A DNA stretch of 34,752 nt. Source: a virus (taxonomy: Duplodnaviria > Caudoviricetes). The position numbers and the translations under genes are program-made. The stretch is taken from the IMG/VR virus record IMGVR_UViG_3300020044_002798, positions 1 to 34,752 of that record. One strand, 5' to 3'. The notes below the pieces were generated by a model. It did no database searches and was not told the DNA's origin. It saw only the letters and a list, made by a program, of their open reading frames with translations. Positions 6,838-16,257 of the stretch are shown here, piece after piece. Each line of letters starts with the position of its first letter. Positions within the stretch are counted from its first letter, which is position 1.

Positions 6838-6861
6838 CCCAATACACACAGAAGGGTAACA

Positions 6862-8475
6862 ATGGAAATTAGTCACCAACCTTGCCCACACACCGATTGT
6901 AACTCTAGCGATGCTTTCTCGTGGAATACAGAGAAGCAGATTGGCATGTGTTATTCTTGTGGTAAGCCATATCCCTCGAAGGGAATGAGCGTTTACGATT
7001 GGGTAAGCGATGAATACCCACTAAGGGGAAATGAAGGACGAGACACACAGATGACAACTACCACAAACCAAAACATCACACCATTAAAGGTGGTGCCACA
7101 AGGCCAACTACAGTATCTTACTTATCGAGGTATTGGTGGTAAGATCAGGGAGTTCTACGATGCACCCATCTCGGTAAACACTTCTGGTGAACCACAGTAT
7201 GCTATCTACAAGTACCCCAATGGTACTAGCAAGAAGCGCATTCACCCTAAAGACTTCAGTGACAACTTAGGTTTTAAAGCCGATACACTTTTTGGTATGA
7301 ACCTTTTCCCTGCTGGGAGTGCTAAAGCGGTCACTGTAACAGAAGGAGAAGAGGATTGCATGGCTGCATACCAAATGCTTGGTAGCTATCCTGTGGTTTC
7401 TCTTCCAAGTGCTAACCCTAGTCGCAAGTTGTTAGAGAACTGCAAGGATTGGCTAGGTTCATTCGAGAAGATTTACCTGTCTCTTGATAGCGACAACAAA
7501 GCTGAGAAGTTTGCTTTGGCTTTGATTGACCTGTTTCCCGGTCGTGTTTACAAAGTGAACCACGGTTCGTTTAAAGACGCTAACGAGTTCCTTGAGGCTA
7601 AGAAGGCAGAGGCTTATAAGAAATCTTGGTGGGGTGCCTCTAAGTACACTCCTGAGAATTTCACATCTAGCCCAGAGCAATGGGAAAAGGTACTCACCGA
7701 AGAGCGGCCTTATGAGTATGCCCCTACCCCTGTGGATGACCTTAATAAGGTTGTGCGTGGTTTTATTAAGGGGGGTATCACTATCCTTAAAGCACTTCCC
7801 GGTACGGGTAAGACTGACATCTTTCGGTATTGGCAGCATGACCTTGTTGTCAATAAGGGGGCTAGGGTTGCTGTCCTTCACATGGAGGAAATGAAATCTA
7901 CAACAGGTCGTGGTCTTGTGACTTACCACCTAAAGAAGAACGTCAGGACCATTGAAGATGCTCAAACATCTGGTGTAAGTGAACAGACTGTCATCGAGAC
8001 AATCAAAACCTTGACTGCTGATGATCGCTATGTAAGTTTTGAGATTGACCCTAGTGATCCTATGGAGTCTGTTTTGTCTTGTATCAGGACCGCCATTGCA
8101 ATCTACAACGTAGACTTTATCTTCATTGACCACTTGCAGCGTCTTGCATACCTCTCTGGTGTGGATAACGCAACTGCTGCACTTACTGAGTTGGCGGTTA
8201 AGATGGTTGATTTGACTAAACGTAAGAATGTGGGTATCATTGCTATCAGTCACGTCAACGAAGCTGGCGCAGCTAAGTATGCTAAGGCTATCGAAGAGGA
8301 GGCCATCGTGATCCTTGAAGTTGAACGTGACAGGTTCTCTAGCGACCCTATTACAAGGAATACAACAGTGATTACAGTGTCTAAAAACCGCCCTTTTTCT
8401 ATCCTTGGTGATGGTGGTAAGATGTACTATGACCCTAAGACAACCACTATTGGCGGTGAGGCAGAGACATGGTGA
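6862..8475 (+). CDS. T7 gp4-like DNA primase-helicase
   Basis: Zn-binding CPHTDC..SSDA..CYSC; Toprim VTEGEEDC and LDSD; SF4 Walker A ALPGTGKT; IFIDHL. Confidence 0.95.
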   Translation: MEISHQPCPHTDCNSSDAFSWNTEKQIGMCYSCGKPYPSKGMSVYDWVSDEYPLRGNEGRDTQMTTTTNQNITPLKVVPQGQLQYLTYRGIGGKIREFYDAPISVNTSGEPQYAIYKYPNGTSKKRIHPKDFSDNLGFKADTLFGMNLFPAGSAKAVTVTEGEEDCMAAYQMLGSYPVVSLPSANPSRKLLENCKDWLGSFEKIYLSLDSDNKAEKFALALIDLFPGRVYKVNHGSFKDANEFLEAKKAEAYKKSWWGASKYTPENFTSSPEQWEKVLTEERPYEYAPTPVDDLNKVVRGFIKGGITILKALPGTGKTDIFRYWQHDLVVNKGARVAVLHMEEMKSTTGRGLVTYHLKKNVRTIEDAQTSGVSEQTVIETIKTLTADDRYVSFEIDPSDPMESVLSCIRTAIAIYNVDFIFIDHLQRLAYLSGVDNATAALTELAVKMVDLTKRKNVGIIAISHVNEAGAAKYAKAIEEEAIVILEVERDRFSSDPITRNTTVITVSKNRPFSILGDGGKMYYDPKTTTIGGEAETW

Positions 8476-8966
8476 AATCTGTAGAAAGAGGTTGGACCCA
8501 AGAGGATGTCAGGCGGGACTTTACTCACAAGGAAGGTCGTCTATATTGGCTAACGGGACCAAGGTCTGGTAAAATAGCAGGTTGGGTTGATGGTGATGGG
8601 TACACTCTTGTAAGGTATAAAGGCGTTCTTGTCAGGGCGCATAACCTTGTGTGGCTCTACTACCACGATAGTTGGCCTTGTGCTGAGGTTGACCACATCA
8701 ACAATGACCCTACTGATAACAGCATAGGAAACCTTAGGTTGGCCACTAGGCAACAAAACGGAGCAAACCAAAAGTTGCAAGCTAGGCGGGAAGGTAAGTA
8801 CAAAGGTGTTTACCAGAACAAGACTAGCTACTACGCAAAGATCAAGTACAAAGGTAAGCAACACCATATTGGTTCTTTCAAGACAGAGAAAGAAGCTGCT
8901 TTGGCTTACAACAAAATGGCTTCTTTTTTCTTCGGTAACTGGGCTAAACTTAATGAGGTTGACTAA
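8469..8966 (+). mobile_element. HNH-AP2 homing endonuclease
   Basis: AHNLVW...VDHINNDPTDNSIGNLR; AP2-like YKGVY...HIGSFKTEKEAALAYN. Confidence 0.92.
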
Positions 8967-9149
8967 ATGGCTGTGACTGGTTTTGAGACATTCAACAAAT
9001 GGCTTGAAGAAGAGATGGACACTGGTAAGACTAGGTACAAGTTCATCCAAGAAAACAAAGGTAATCTAGACGACATCTGGTGGGCTTTCTCTGCTGGTTT
9101 CTCTCTAGGTCAATCAGAAGAGTACAAGAGGTTCTTGAATGGAAAATGA
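8967..9149 (+). CDS. Hypothetical protein
   Basis: ORF abutting the upstream stop; SD GAGG. Confidence 0.7.
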   Translation: MAVTGFETFNKWLEEEMDTGKTRYKFIQENKGNLDDIWWAFSAGFSLGQSEEYKRFLNGK

Positions 9150-9336
9150 CCACGGCTTCAAGGATTGGTTCTATCAGTCAGATGGGCATGATGAACCTCG
9201 TATGGTCAACTTCTTTGATGCTGTCATGAGTGAGCATATGAAAATCCTAGAGGGTTTTCTTGAGGTTTGCTACAAGACAGGTTATAAAGCTGGTTGGAAT
9301 GACCGTGATGAAGTTCAAATAGGATTGGATGGGTGA
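9139..9336 (+). CDS. Hypothetical protein
   Basis: Overlapping operon packing; SD GAGG. Confidence 0.7.
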   Translation: MENDHGFKDWFYQSDGHDEPRMVNFFDAVMSEHMKILEGFLEVCYKTGYKAGWNDRDEVQIGLDG

Positions 9337-9569
9337 TTACAGTGTGGCAACCAATCGAGACTGCACCCAAAGGTAAGTACCGACTTGTTGCTTTGAAAAA
9401 GGGAGTTAGGGAGGTATTTGAGCCTGACTACCTTTTAGCACCAACAAGTGATGGTAGAATAACCTTTACATATTGGATTCCAGAGAGTGAACGTTGGAGC
9501 ATGTTCTCTAAAAAACACCCGCCAACACACTGGATGCCACTCCCTAGCCCACCCACTGTAGGAGACTAG
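9333..9569 (+). CDS. DUF551-like protein
   Basis: WQPIETAPK...PTHWMPLPSPP. Confidence 0.85.
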   Translation: MITVWQPIETAPKGKYRLVALKKGVREVFEPDYLLAPTSDGRITFTYWIPESERWSMFSKKHPPTHWMPLPSPPTVGD

Positions 9570-9570
9570 C

Positions 9571-10935
9571 TTGAAGTATATCGTCTTTGACTCTGAAAGT
9601 GATGGTTTGGCTTATGTTGCCACAAAACTACACGTCTTTTCTTGGACCGAAGACGGTGTAGACATTCATGTAACCCACGACTATGACAAGATGCGAGAGG
9701 TCCTGTCACAACAAGACTGTATGTTTGTAGGGCACAATGCTATCAGACACGACATGCCTCTGTTAAACAGGCTTCTCGGCCTTTCCTTGGACCATACTAA
9801 ATTCGTAGATACTCTTTTCTTGTCGTGGTATGTCAACTTCGATATGGACCGTCATGGCTTGGAGTATTACGGTATCAAGTATGGTAAGCCTAAGCCTAAG
9901 ATTGATGACTGGAATAACTTGACACCTGAAGAGTATGCCCACCGTGTCAGTGAAGACGTTAAGATTAACTGGATGACTTGGAAAGAGCATGAACGTAAGC
10001 TGATGTCCCTGTATGGGAATGAAGTGGAAATGCTTAAGGTCATCCAGTACCTTTCCTTTAAGGCTGATTGTGCAAGGGAACAAGAACTGAACCCTATCAC
10101 TACCGACGTTGTGGCAGTACAAAAGCACTACGACACTCTGTCTCAGATGCAACAAGACAAGATCACAGAGTTGTCTGCTGTAATGCCCAAGAAGCCTATC
10201 TACAAAAAGGTAGAGAAGCCTAAAGTCTTGTATAAGAAAGGTGGTACCCTGTCTTCTATCGGTGAGAAGTGGTTTGAGACACTCAAAGACCTCAAGCTAC
10301 CTAGTGATACTGTAGGTCCTGTCAATGTGCTTTTGGGATACCAAGACGGTAACCCTAATAGCCATGAACAAGTTAAAGATTGGCTATTCTCTCTTGGCTG
10401 GAAGCCTAAGACCTTCAAGTACACTAAGAAGGACGATGGCTCTGAGAAACAAGTGCCACAGATCAAAGATGGGGATGACCTCTGTAGTAGTGTAGAAGAC
10501 TTGGCAGAAGACATACCTGCCATCCAGTTGCTTGTCGATATGGGTATCATCCAGCATCGTAAGGGTGTCTTCAAGAGTTTCCTTGATAACCACAAAGACG
10601 GTAAGATTGTTGCTAGTATTGGTGGCCTGACCAATACCTTCAGGTTCCAACACCGTAAGCCTATCGTTAACTTGCCTAAAGTCGATAAGCCTTGGGGTAA
10701 GGAAATCCGTGGGGCTATCGTAGCACCTGAAGGAATGGTCCTGTGTGGTTCTGATATGGTTTCTCTAGAAGACACTACTAAGCGCCACTACATGAAGCCT
10801 TATGACCCTGAGTATGTGGCAGAGATGTCTAAGCCGGGGTTCGATCCGCATCTTCGATTAGCAGTCTTTGCTGGTGCTATTACAGAAGATGAATACAAGT
10901 TTTACGAGTGGTACAATGATAAGAAACGGAAATAA
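9571..10935 (+). CDS. DNA polymerase family A, N-terminal part (3'-5' exonuclease, thumb, motif A)
   Basis: FDSESDGL, GHNAIRHD, TNTFRFQH.P.VNLP, GKEIRG, GSDMVSLE, DPH; stops before motif B. Confidence 0.95.
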   Translation: MKYIVFDSESDGLAYVATKLHVFSWTEDGVDIHVTHDYDKMREVLSQQDCMFVGHNAIRHDMPLLNRLLGLSLDHTKFVDTLFLSWYVNFDMDRHGLEYYGIKYGKPKPKIDDWNNLTPEEYAHRVSEDVKINWMTWKEHERKLMSLYGNEVEMLKVIQYLSFKADCAREQELNPITTDVVAVQKHYDTLSQMQQDKITELSAVMPKKPIYKKVEKPKVLYKKGGTLSSIGEKWFETLKDLKLPSDTVGPVNVLLGYQDGNPNSHEQVKDWLFSLGWKPKTFKYTKKDDGSEKQVPQIKDGDDLCSSVEDLAEDIPAIQLLVDMGIIQHRKGVFKSFLDNHKDGKIVASIGGLTNTFRFQHRKPIVNLPKVDKPWGKEIRGAIVAPEGMVLCGSDMVSLEDTTKRHYMKPYDPEYVAEMSKPGFDPHLRLAVFAGAITEDEYKFYEWYNDKKRK

Positions 10936-11347
10936 GAAAAGAGAACAACAAACGGCAAGACCAAGCAAATACCCACAAGGTAAGTTTAGAAACAAACCTT
11001 GTAAGTTCTGTGGTAAAGAGTTTGAACTCATGGCTCCAAGTCAGTTTTACTGTTCGCAAGGGTGTATCGACGATGCAAACGCAGACAGATACTACAAAGC
11101 AAACTATGGGGTTGGTATTCTTCATGTGAGAGGTCTTCTAGAAGAGCAAAACGGTGTCTGTGCAATTTGCAAAACAACAGGCTTTAAGATGCTTAGTGGT
11201 CACTACAGTGGGTTAAACTTAGATCACTGCCACTCTACAGGTAAGGTTAGAGGTCTGTTGTGTCACAACTGCAACCGTGGCCTTGGCCTATTCAAGGACA
11301 GTGCAGATTGCCTAAAGGAAGCTATAAGATACTTGGAGAGAGAATGA
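10916..11347 (+). mobile_element. Endonuclease VII-family homing endonuclease inside the polymerase locus
   Basis: QNGVCAIC...LDHCHSTGKVRGLLCHNCNRGLG; N-terminal CKFC...YCSQGC Zn finger; start uncertain (10889 or 10916). Confidence 0.9.
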
Positions 11348-11904
11348 CCTTTGAAGAGATGAAGGCCCTTGATGAAGATCAACAAGCGCAGATCGTAAAG
11401 AGGATGAAAACAATTCGTTCACAGTATAAAGCTGTTAACTATAGTGCAACATATGGTGTTGGTAAAGCTAAGTTGGCAAGGACTGTGGATATCCCTGTCA
11501 AGGAAGCTGCTGCACTGATTGAGGCTTACTGGCAACGTAACTTCTCAGTCAAGAAGGCTGTAGAGAAATTCGAGATTAAACAGGTCGGACCTTACTTGTG
11601 GGTCAAGAACCCTGTCTCTGGTTTCTGGCATAATCTGCGGTCAGAGAAAGATGCCTTCTCTACAGTTAACCAATCAACTGGCGTCTATGCCTTTGATACT
11701 TGGCTTTACTATGTGCGTAAATCTGGTGTTGTGGTTAGGCTACAATGTCATGACGAAGTGGTGGCTTTTCTAGATGTTGGCTCTGAGGACAAGGTTAAGT
11801 CTTCTCTTAGTCAAGCTATCGAAAAGGCCAACAACAAACTTAAACTTAACGTGGAACTGGGGATAGACATCCAGTTTGGGGATAACTATGGCAATGTCCA
11901 TTAA
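11344..11904 (+). CDS. DNA polymerase family A, C-terminal part (motifs B and C)
   Basis: RSQYKAVNYSATYG, NQSTG, QCHDE, FGDNYGNVH; own SD GGAG and ATGA overlap. Confidence 0.95.
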   Translation: MTFEEMKALDEDQQAQIVKRMKTIRSQYKAVNYSATYGVGKAKLARTVDIPVKEAAALIEAYWQRNFSVKKAVEKFEIKQVGPYLWVKNPVSGFWHNLRSEKDAFSTVNQSTGVYAFDTWLYYVRKSGVVVRLQCHDEVVAFLDVGSEDKVKSSLSQAIEKANNKLKLNVELGIDIQFGDNYGNVH

Positions 11905-12021
11905 GCCCCTTTCTAAACATGAAGCAAAGGCTTGAGGTAAACATGGACTGGACCCTTGAAGAATACTACGAGTACTATCGTCACTTTTTTGATAGACAAT
12001 AGCATTTTCTTGTAGTAACCG

Positions 12022-12050
12022 CTTGTAAGAATCAGTAACTGTGCCTATAT
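12022..12050 (+). promoter_or_regulatory. Putative sigma70 promoter of the SSB operon
   Basis: CTTGTA-17 nt-CTATAT with GAATCA next to the -35 element. Confidence 0.65.
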
Positions 12051-12078
12051 ACACAACCTCGACAATGAAAGGTCTAAA

Positions 12079-12684
12079 ATGGCTTCCAATACTAAGTATG
12101 TCACCCTTGATGCAGAACTCGAATATGCAAAGGTGTTCCTTGAAAACCGAGACATGGGGAACCCTGACAAGGGTGTTGACTACTCGGACACTGATGGTCT
12201 GTACAAAGTCACCTTGATCCTCTCTAAAGAAGAGAAAGACAAGGCTATCGATATGGGTTGCCCTGAGAAGCAAGGTGCTTATGAGCAATTCAAGCCCTTT
12301 GACCGTGATGGTGAAACCTTCTATAAGTTTACTGTTCGTCGTCCCCACATTCACCCTCGTTTTATGAAGACTGATGAGAATGGTCAACCTACTGATGAAC
12401 GTCTGGTAGTTGGTCCTCCTAATGTCTTCGACCTGAATATCGCCAAGAAGGCATGGCAGGACGCTGGTGAGAAGGGTCGTCTTGATCAATACTCTACGCC
12501 TTGGACTATGGAAGACGGTCTCCTTGGTAACGGTACTAAGGCTAAGGTCAAGCTGTCTATCCAGAAGGGCGTAGGTGTACACGGTAAGGCTAAGGGTAAG
12601 GTCTTCCATCGTGTAGAGTTGATGGGTATCGGTATTGTCAACCACGCCCAGTATGAACTCGCTGGGGCTAATGGCTGGGACTGA
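12079..12684 (+). CDS. Probable single-stranded DNA-binding protein (T7 gp2.5-like)
   Basis: Position after the polymerase; EYAKVF..NRD and LGNGTKAKVKL motifs. Confidence 0.65.
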   Translation: MASNTKYVTLDAELEYAKVFLENRDMGNPDKGVDYSDTDGLYKVTLILSKEEKDKAIDMGCPEKQGAYEQFKPFDRDGETFYKFTVRRPHIHPRFMKTDENGQPTDERLVVGPPNVFDLNIAKKAWQDAGEKGRLDQYSTPWTMEDGLLGNGTKAKVKLSIQKGVGVHGKAKGKVFHRVELMGIGIVNHAQYELAGANGWD

Positions 12685-12757
12685 CTGTAAAGAAACTTGG
12701 TGGCATCTACAAAAGGGTGCCACCCCTTTCCATTAACCACAAGAAAAGGTGCAGGTT

Positions 12758-13045
12758 ATGAAAGTCTTTGATCTTTCTGTTTATGACGTTGACGGTAAAG
12801 ATGCTTTTGAGGAGGTTTTCTACGGTGAGGACTTTGTCCAAGTCACTGAGGAACAGATTGTAGAGCAGCGCCGATGGACAACTTGTTACTCTCAAGTGCT
12901 TAAGCACGTAGCCTCTGGTAAGTATTATGCTGCCATTTGGGACGTTGGTTCTACTGAATACCAAGAAACAGAGCCTAACTTGGTACTAACTGAAGTTGAG
13001 CCAAAAGAGGTGACTGTAACCCAATATTTTGCTGTGGAGGGTTAA
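12758..13045 (+). CDS. Hypothetical acidic protein
   Basis: RWTTCYSQV...GSTEYQE...EVEPKEVTV phage-type motif. Confidence 0.8.
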   Translation: MKVFDLSVYDVDGKDAFEEVFYGEDFVQVTEEQIVEQRRWTTCYSQVLKHVASGKYYAAIWDVGSTEYQETEPNLVLTEVEPKEVTVTQYFAVEG

Positions 13046-13231
13046 GTGTATTACGAATTCCTCGCTAAAGACGTAGAGGGACAACGAGACATTCTAGTGT
13101 CTCAAGGGGATGTAGAATACCTTGGTGATGTTCTTGAGTTGTATCTCGCCTTCCTTCAGGGTTGTGGTTACACTTATGTGAAGAAGATTATCGCTGTGAA
13201 AGATGATGGGACGGAGGTAGAAACACTTTGA
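13046..13231 (+). CDS. Hypothetical protein
   Basis: SD GGAGG; FLQGCGYTYV. Confidence 0.75.
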   Translation: MYYEFLAKDVEGQRDILVSQGDVEYLGDVLELYLAFLQGCGYTYVKKIIAVKDDGTEVETL

Positions 13232-13872
13232 AGGTTACGTATGTAAACCATATGGGCAACGACCTGTCTGTGGTCAATGCCGCTAGGGTTAGCTTTGGTA
13301 AGAAGTCTGGTATGGACGAGGATGGACTTGGCGTATGGCACCTAAAAGACGCTGACAAAAAGCTAATTCACTACCTTGCCAAGCACAAACACTTGTCGCC
13401 CTTTGGACATGCCTTCGCTTCCTTCCACGTAAAAGCCCCTATCTTTGTGGCACGACAATTGGTGAAGCACTCTTACCTTCGGTGGAACGAGATTAGTCGT
13501 CGATACGTTGACGAGGAGCCTGAATTCTATGTACCTGATGTGTGGCGGGGTCGAGCAGAAGACAAGAAGCAAGGTTCTGGCTCAAACCTCGACTGGGATC
13601 ACAACCCTTATGCTTACGAAGCATGTCTCCGTAACTACAACTTCCTTCTTGAGGTTGGCGTAGCACCTGAACAAGCCCGTATGGTTCTGCCACAATCTGT
13701 TTTTACGGAGTGGTACTGGAGCGGATCACTAGACGCCTTTGCCAAGATGTGTGCACTACGGTTGAAGGAAGATACACAATACGAAAGCCGTGTTGTTGCA
13801 GAACAGGTAAACGAGAAGATGGCAAGCCTGTACCCCGTATCGTGGACAGCACTTATGGAGAACCTAAACTAA
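13228..13872 (+). CDS. thyX: Flavin-dependent thymidylate synthase
   Basis: VVNAARVS, HLSPF, PIFVARQLVKH, WNEISRRY, PEQARMVLP. Confidence 0.97.
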   Translation: MKVTYVNHMGNDLSVVNAARVSFGKKSGMDEDGLGVWHLKDADKKLIHYLAKHKHLSPFGHAFASFHVKAPIFVARQLVKHSYLRWNEISRRYVDEEPEFYVPDVWRGRAEDKKQGSGSNLDWDHNPYAYEACLRNYNFLLEVGVAPEQARMVLPQSVFTEWYWSGSLDAFAKMCALRLKEDTQYESRVVAEQVNEKMASLYPVSWTALMENLN

Positions 13873-14144
13873 TGCTTGAAGATAAGATCAACGCAATCAA
13901 AGAGGTCCTTAAGGACTCTTATGGTTACTACAACCAATTCTATGACATCTCTGATGCTTTTGTGGTAGAGAGCCTGAAAGAGAATATCCGAGATTTGTCT
14001 CAGGAAGGTTTTGACCCCTTTGAGAAACCTGATAACAAGGCTGCAACTCTCTCTGCCTTCTATCGGGTACTAGACTTCTACACTACTGCTGATCAGTACA
14101 ATAAGTTTGTCATGGAGATGTACCAGAGTGAAACTGCTGATTGA
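13872..14144 (+). CDS. Hypothetical protein
   Basis: MLEDKINAIK...; TAATG coupling to thyX. Confidence 0.75.
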   Translation: MLEDKINAIKEVLKDSYGYYNQFYDISDAFVVESLKENIRDLSQEGFDPFEKPDNKAATLSAFYRVLDFYTTADQYNKFVMEMYQSETAD

Positions 14145-14808
14145 TGGCGATACGCTAACCTATCGTGCTGCTTTCTCTCAGGATGGTCAAACTATTGGTG
14201 GCATCTGCGATAAACTTGACGAACTCGTCGGTAACATCCTAGAAGCCACCAACCCTTATGCCACAAAAAATGATTATCAAATCTACTTGACTGGTAAAGG
14301 TAACTTCAGGCATCAGTTCACTAAGACCTACAAGGCTAATAGGGCTGATAAAGAAAAGCCTATCCTTCTAGGTGTTGCAAGACAACACTTCATGGAAAAC
14401 TACAACGCCAGTGTAAGTGTTGATCAAGAAGCTGATGATGACATTGCCATTGAGGCTACAAGGCTTTACCCTGACTGTGTGGTTGTGTCTATTGATAAAG
14501 ACTTCCTACAGGTTCCCGGCACTAACTACAACCCAGTTAAGAATGTCTGGACTAAGATAGACGAGTGGACAGGGCTTAACTTCTTCTACCAGCAAACCTT
14601 AACGGGTGATGCAGTGGATAATGTTATCGGGGTCTATAAGGTTGGTCCAGTTAAAGCACAGAAACTACTTGCTGACTGTGAGACAGAGTTGGACCTGTAC
14701 AATGTCTGCCTAGAAGCCTATAAGGGTGATAAAGAGGGTTTGATTACCAATGCGAGGTTGTTGTGGCTTCGCAGATATGAAGGGCAAATTTGGGAGCCAC
14801 CTAAATGA
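14128..14808 (+). CDS. 5'-3' exonuclease (T7 gp6-like)
   Basis: LLIDGD, YKANR, EADD, SIDKD, GDAVDNVIG..VGPVKA. Confidence 0.95.
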   Translation: MKLLIDGDTLTYRAAFSQDGQTIGGICDKLDELVGNILEATNPYATKNDYQIYLTGKGNFRHQFTKTYKANRADKEKPILLGVARQHFMENYNASVSVDQEADDDIAIEATRLYPDCVVVSIDKDFLQVPGTNYNPVKNVWTKIDEWTGLNFFYQQTLTGDAVDNVIGVYKVGPVKAQKLLADCETELDLYNVCLEAYKGDKEGLITNARLLWLRRYEGQIWEPPK

Positions 14809-15077
14809 AAACCAAGATTCAAGTTGTTGTTATTAAAGACCCACAAGGTAATGTTTGGAAAACACCAAAAGGTAAAACCTCTTGGTCTTCTGTTGGTGCA
14901 GCAAAGAGGGCTTGGAACGCACACACACGGCTTGACAACGGACCTAACCCATACAACTCAAGTCTACGTAGCCGCCGTCAAGGAGTGTGGGATAAAGATG
15001 CTATTGGGTGGTCTTGTGAAGTTTTGGCAGAATTCCATCTAATCCCAATAAAAGACAGCGAAGACAGTCATGGCTAA
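14805..15077 (+). CDS. Hypothetical protein
   Basis: GKTSWSSVGAAKRAW; overlaps both neighbours. Confidence 0.75.
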   Translation: MKTKIQVVVIKDPQGNVWKTPKGKTSWSSVGAAKRAWNAHTRLDNGPNPYNSSLRSRRQGVWDKDAIGWSCEVLAEFHLIPIKDSEDSHG

Positions 15078-15474
15078 GACGTTACGAAGGTCAAATCTGG
15101 GAGCCGCCAAGAAGCATGGCTACAGATCAGGGCTAGAAGATAAGATAGCTAAGCAACTGTCTGAAGCAGGTTTGGGGGTAGAGTATGAAACCACAAAGAT
15201 CAAGTACACTATCCCCGAAAGCCTTCATACATACACCCCGGACTTCTTGCTTCCTAATGGCATCATACTAGAAAGTAAAGGTCGCTTCCTTGCTGAAGAC
15301 AGAAAGAAGCACTTGTTGATCAAGTCTCAGTACCCTGACCTTGACATTAGGTTTGTCTTCAGTAATAGTAAGACTAAGATCAGGAAGGGTTCACCTACAA
15401 GCTATGGTGACTGGTGTACCAAGAATGACTTTAAGTTCGCAGATAAACTTATCCCAGAGGAGTGGTTGAAATGA
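15070..15474 (+). CDS. Endonuclease I / Holliday junction resolvase (T7 gp3-like)
   Basis: YRSGLE, YTPDF, ESKGRF...DRKKH, DIRFVF. Confidence 0.96.
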   Translation: MAKTLRRSNLGAAKKHGYRSGLEDKIAKQLSEAGLGVEYETTKIKYTIPESLHTYTPDFLLPNGIILESKGRFLAEDRKKHLLIKSQYPDLDIRFVFSNSKTKIRKGSPTSYGDWCTKNDFKFADKLIPEEWLK

Positions 15475-16025
15475 GAGATGAGGATTGGGTATACCTCCTT
15501 AAGTCAGAGTTGACTTATGACCCTTCTTCTGGACACTTGTGGTGGGTTAGGAAAAATGGACCATCCTCAAACAGAAAATTAGATAAGCCTGCTGGTTGCA
15601 TAGACTGTCACGGATATATTGTGATAACTCTGCGAAAGTATGGTAAGTCAAAGTTGTTTAAAGGTCATAGGGTGGCTTGGTTGTTGCACTATGGGGTTTG
15701 GCCGGAAGGCTCCATCGACCATATTAATGCAGACCGAAAAGACAACAGGATTGAAAACTTGCGAATCGCATCCCACAAGCAAAACGGGATGAATCGAAAG
15801 AAACAAAAAGGGGGTTCAAGTTCGTTGTATAAAGGTGTTAGTTGGTATCAGCAAACTAAAAGGTGGAAAAGTTACATCCGATTAGGTAAGTCGACTGTTC
15901 ACCTTGGTTACTACTTATCAGAAGTCGATGCAGCAAAAGCATACGATAGTGCTGCCAAAAAATACTTCGGTGATTACGCTTTACTCAACTTTAAAAACGG
16001 AGAGGTTAATGCTGAAAATCCTTGA
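15471..16025 (+). mobile_element. HNH-AP2 homing endonuclease
   Basis: HRVAW...IDHINADRKDNRIENLR; YKGVSW...HLGYY...AAKAYD. Confidence 0.93.
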
Positions 16026-16257
16026 TGTACTTGAGGGACCAATTCATTCTAGCGATTACCCTAGTTACTGCGAAGTGGACGATGGTTTTGGTTTTCCTTA
16101 TGGGCAATGCTGGATGCTGATCGTTAAGGCACTTCGTGATGATGGTAGTGTGGGTGTAGAGGAACTACAGTACGAAAGCCGAGAGGATGCCCTAGAAGTT
16201 ATCGCACATTTTGTGGCACAAGTCTCTTGGATGAATTGGAGTGATGACGATGAGTAA
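16009..16257 (+). CDS. Hypothetical acidic protein
   Basis: MLKILDVLEGP...; SD GGAG/GAGG. Confidence 0.75.
   Translation: MLKILDVLEGPIHSSDYPSYCEVDDGFGFPYGQCWMLIVKALRDDGSVGVEELQYESREDALEVIAHFVAQVSWMNWSDDDE

Noticed and set aside
10936-11343. Group I intron, split intein or ribosomal bypass in the polymerase
   Set aside because: The endonuclease ORF fills the gap with no evident intron core; no intein N- or C-terminal motifs; the 408-nt gap far exceeds the 50-nt T4 gene 60 bypass; the C-part has its own SD. Only RT-PCR can fully exclude splicing.
11770-12723. 317-aa antisense ORF, and similar antisense ORFs over the polymerase, nrdJ and tape measure genes
   Set aside because: Shadows of codon-biased sense genes with no recognisable motifs.
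12711-12730. Terminator after the SSB gene (AAAGGG..CCCTTT)
   Set aside because: Short stem and weak U-tract; too uncertain to call.
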